From Macrostomum hystrix (taxonomy: Eukaryota; Animalia; Platyhelminthes): a DNA stretch of 64,000 nucleotides. The notes beneath the pieces were generated by a model that did not search any database, was not told where the DNA came from, and saw only the letters and a program-made list of their open reading frames with translations. Position 1 is the stretch's first letter. Each line of letters begins with the position of its first letter. The position numbers and the translations under genes were made by a program. Below are positions 61,551-64,000 of this stretch, in pieces. The stretch lies in the NCBI GenBank assembly GCA_950097015.1, contig CATNEN010000039.1, forward strand, positions 20,708,001 to 20,772,000, written 5' to 3'.

Positions 61551-63625
61551 TTAAGCAGCCATCAGCTCATCGTCATTGTTATCTTCGCTTTTGTCGCTTC
61601 GACCATCGCCGCCACCGCCACCGCCAGCGGAACTCTTTTCACCACCATGTCTGGACTGTTGGCGAAAGCCAGCAGTGACGCTGAAGCACAGCTTCAGCAT
61701 CCAGCGTCGATTGTCGCCCTCTTGCAGCGGGAACTTGATGTGATTGGCCAACGCGATGGCCGTCAGTGCCTCCTCTGATGTCTCGTATCTGGCAATAAAA
61801 TTAATAATAATTTCACGAGGGCTGCGGGCTATGGCACATCATTCGGTAACACAAGACACGCAACCAGTGAGTACGCAATTCTGCCCTGACTTTCTCATCG
61901 TTAGGTAGTGTACACTCTCACTGTGCCTTGGAGGTTGGCCCTGAAGGGCGTAAATTGCACGACAAGCCCCCAAGCCTTCTCTCTCCATATTTATGTGTCA
62001 TCGAGCGGAATCGAGTTTAGAAACCTTGGTGCGAGAGGCAAACGCGTTAAGCGCTGTCACTTTACCCCTTCGTATCTGGCGAATTCGGCAAATTTAAATT
62101 GACAATGGCAACCTCAGGAGTTCTGGAGAACTTAGGATCAAGTAGTGGGGATCTGGGCCGGTAACCTAAGGATTTTGGGAGGACTTAGCACCAATCCATG
62201 GGGGATTTGAGAGAGTGCATGGACTGTGACCAACCTGAGCAGGCCGCTACGATGATCGCCGGGAAAATATTCGATACCCAAGTTGCCGTCCGCCAGCCGC
62301 TTGGGAGGCTCAGGCGCTCCAGCTTCGGAGAGCATACTGCGCAGCAACTCCTCTGAGCCTTGCGACGGATGCCCCCAGAAGTACACCGTTCGGGAGGGCT
62401 TAACAGGCGGCGTCTTCCTGGCCACCTTGTCTGACAAGAACCGATTCAAAGTTCGAAAGCCGGCCGAATTCGATGCGTAATTCACCATGGCCTGGGTGCC
62501 GTCGGAGAGTTGCGTCACCTCGCGGACAGGTCGCAGGCTGGTCTGGTGTGACAGGCTCACTGACAAACGGCCGCCAAGCAGGCATTCATTGTTGAGAAAA
62601 GTGACGCAACGCATCGCCGACTGTGGATCCAGCATCTCAGCCATCGCTTGTCCCCGCTTGCCGGCGAAAAATCTGACAACTTTAACATTGCCGTACAGGC
62701 AGAGCAAATTGAACAAGCGATCGCAATTAAAGTTATCAGGCAAGCCGGTGATGTACAACAGACAGCCGGGGGATGTCGGGTTGACGGGCAGGGTGGCCTC
62801 CTGAGACCGAGCCTGGTGCTGATAAGCTCGAGCATTCAAATCTCGATGCTCTCGCTCCTGCGGATAAGCTCGAGGTTCTCGCTCCTGGAAACGCTGCTGA
62901 GAGTCCAACCGATGCGGCAATTCTTGGCGGACGTTTCCACCGCCACCGACTGGTTCAAGCAATGATCCTCCGCCGCCTACTCCGCCCTGACGCCACTCCT
63001 CTATCAGGCTGCTGCCCTCCCTGATCAGCATGTCCTGCACTCTTCTAGAAGCGAATTCGCACAGCAGAGTATTACAATCGGGATAAATATCAGCCCCATT
63101 AATATTTCTCTTAGTCCGCACGGCCTCTTCAAGGCTGGCGAATTCCAGCACAACCTGCAGATTGCGTCCGCGTAGCACGGCCACACGGACCAGTCGGCCA
63201 AATTGGGAGCCAACGCGTTTGAAAATATCGCAAGCCAGTTCGCCGCTTGAACGGAACACAGTTAACAGCAGGGTACTGCTAGGCGAGGCGCTGGCATATT
63301 CGCTCGAATAAATCAGCTCGCCAGGTCGAGAATAGCTTAGCGACACGGGCATGTCCCGAATGCGAGCAGGCCAACCAGATAGATAATTCTCTACTAGAGC
63401 TTTAGCATCTCGAAGCTGCTCAAATTCTACTAGAGCCTGGCCATTTGGCGGCAGCATTGCGACTGACAGTACAGAGCCGTACTGCCTCATATCGTCTAGT
63501 ATGTCCTGCTCAGTTGTGTTAGCTTTTAAATCGCTGACTAGCACAACACTGGACGGTTGAACAAGGCCAGCTGCAGTGGAAGGCGCCATGTCGCCAATTC
63601 GGGCCCGCTTTTGTTGAGAATGCAT
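61551..63625 (-). CDS. hnRNP L-like four-RRM protein (divergent), ~542 aa, 2 coding exons
   Basis: Exons 63625-62235 and 61788-61551. PSSVVLV…QALVEF, INGADIYPDCNTL, FNCDRLFNLLCLYGNV, NRF…PSRTVYFW, and terminal ANH…LKLCFS. Confidence 0.88.
61794..62069 (-). mobile_element. SINE family 2 copy with an 11-bp TSD at the hnRNP L-like acceptor
   Basis: Homologous to 12270-12568; tcgtatctggc duplicated at 61783-61793 and 62070-62080. Confidence 0.85.
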
Positions 63626-64000
63626 AGCGCAATTAGCAAGCACTTAAAAAAATCAAAATAGCAGATACGTCTTCCAGATTTTCTTGCAAATTCTGAGCAA
63701 AGCCTTTTGATCTACAACCGGTTGACTTTTTTGTAAAATTGCTGCAATTGATTCAAAGCGATTTGCTACTGTTGTAATTTACAGCGGGGTTTAATAGCCA
63801 TAAGGAACAGTATTCGTTTAAAAGCGAACTTCTTCTAAAAGCTGAAGCTGAAACGCCTATTAAAACTATTTAATAGTTAAAGCGAGAATATAAATTTTAC
63901 GGGATTGAGTTATTGGGATGTTGACGTTTTAGGAAGACTAAACATTCTAGTTAAAGGTTGGCAATGGGAAAGTTTTGTATAATCTATTTTTTGTGAGAAT

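Overview
Animal (metazoan) genomic DNA, not prokaryotic. The GC-rich exons and minisatellite-filled introns resemble a free-living flatworm such as Macrostomum; this is an inference from sequence style only. Ten spliced protein-coding genes can be assembled by hand with phase-consistent splice sites: an LRRC74-like LRR + EF-hand gene (-), a secreted CBM39 + GH16 beta-1,3-glucanase/GNBP (+), NCBP2/CBP20 (+), a Y-box cold-shock protein (-), two tandem ATF3/Fos-like bZIP genes (+), an orphan 2-TM protein (-), a cNMP-binding-like + cupin-like protein (+), NIT2 omega-amidase (-) and an hnRNP L-like gene (-). The 12.4-kb first intron of NCBP2 is a nest of transposons: a decayed spliced hAT element containing MITEs, LTR-retroelement remnants and an intact IR/DR-type Tc1/IS630-like DD33E element. 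The window also holds a dead DD41D-like mariner, two tRNA-derived SINE families and two related MITEs with 8-bp target-site duplications (TSDs). Most striking pattern: most longer introns and several intergenic spacers carry their own minisatellite, many lengths fall near 1.0-1.06 kb, and several sense-strand units contain splice-signal motifs. A SINE insertion has also duplicated the 3' splice site of the hnRNP L-like gene. Most long ORFs in the supplied track are read-throughs of repeats.
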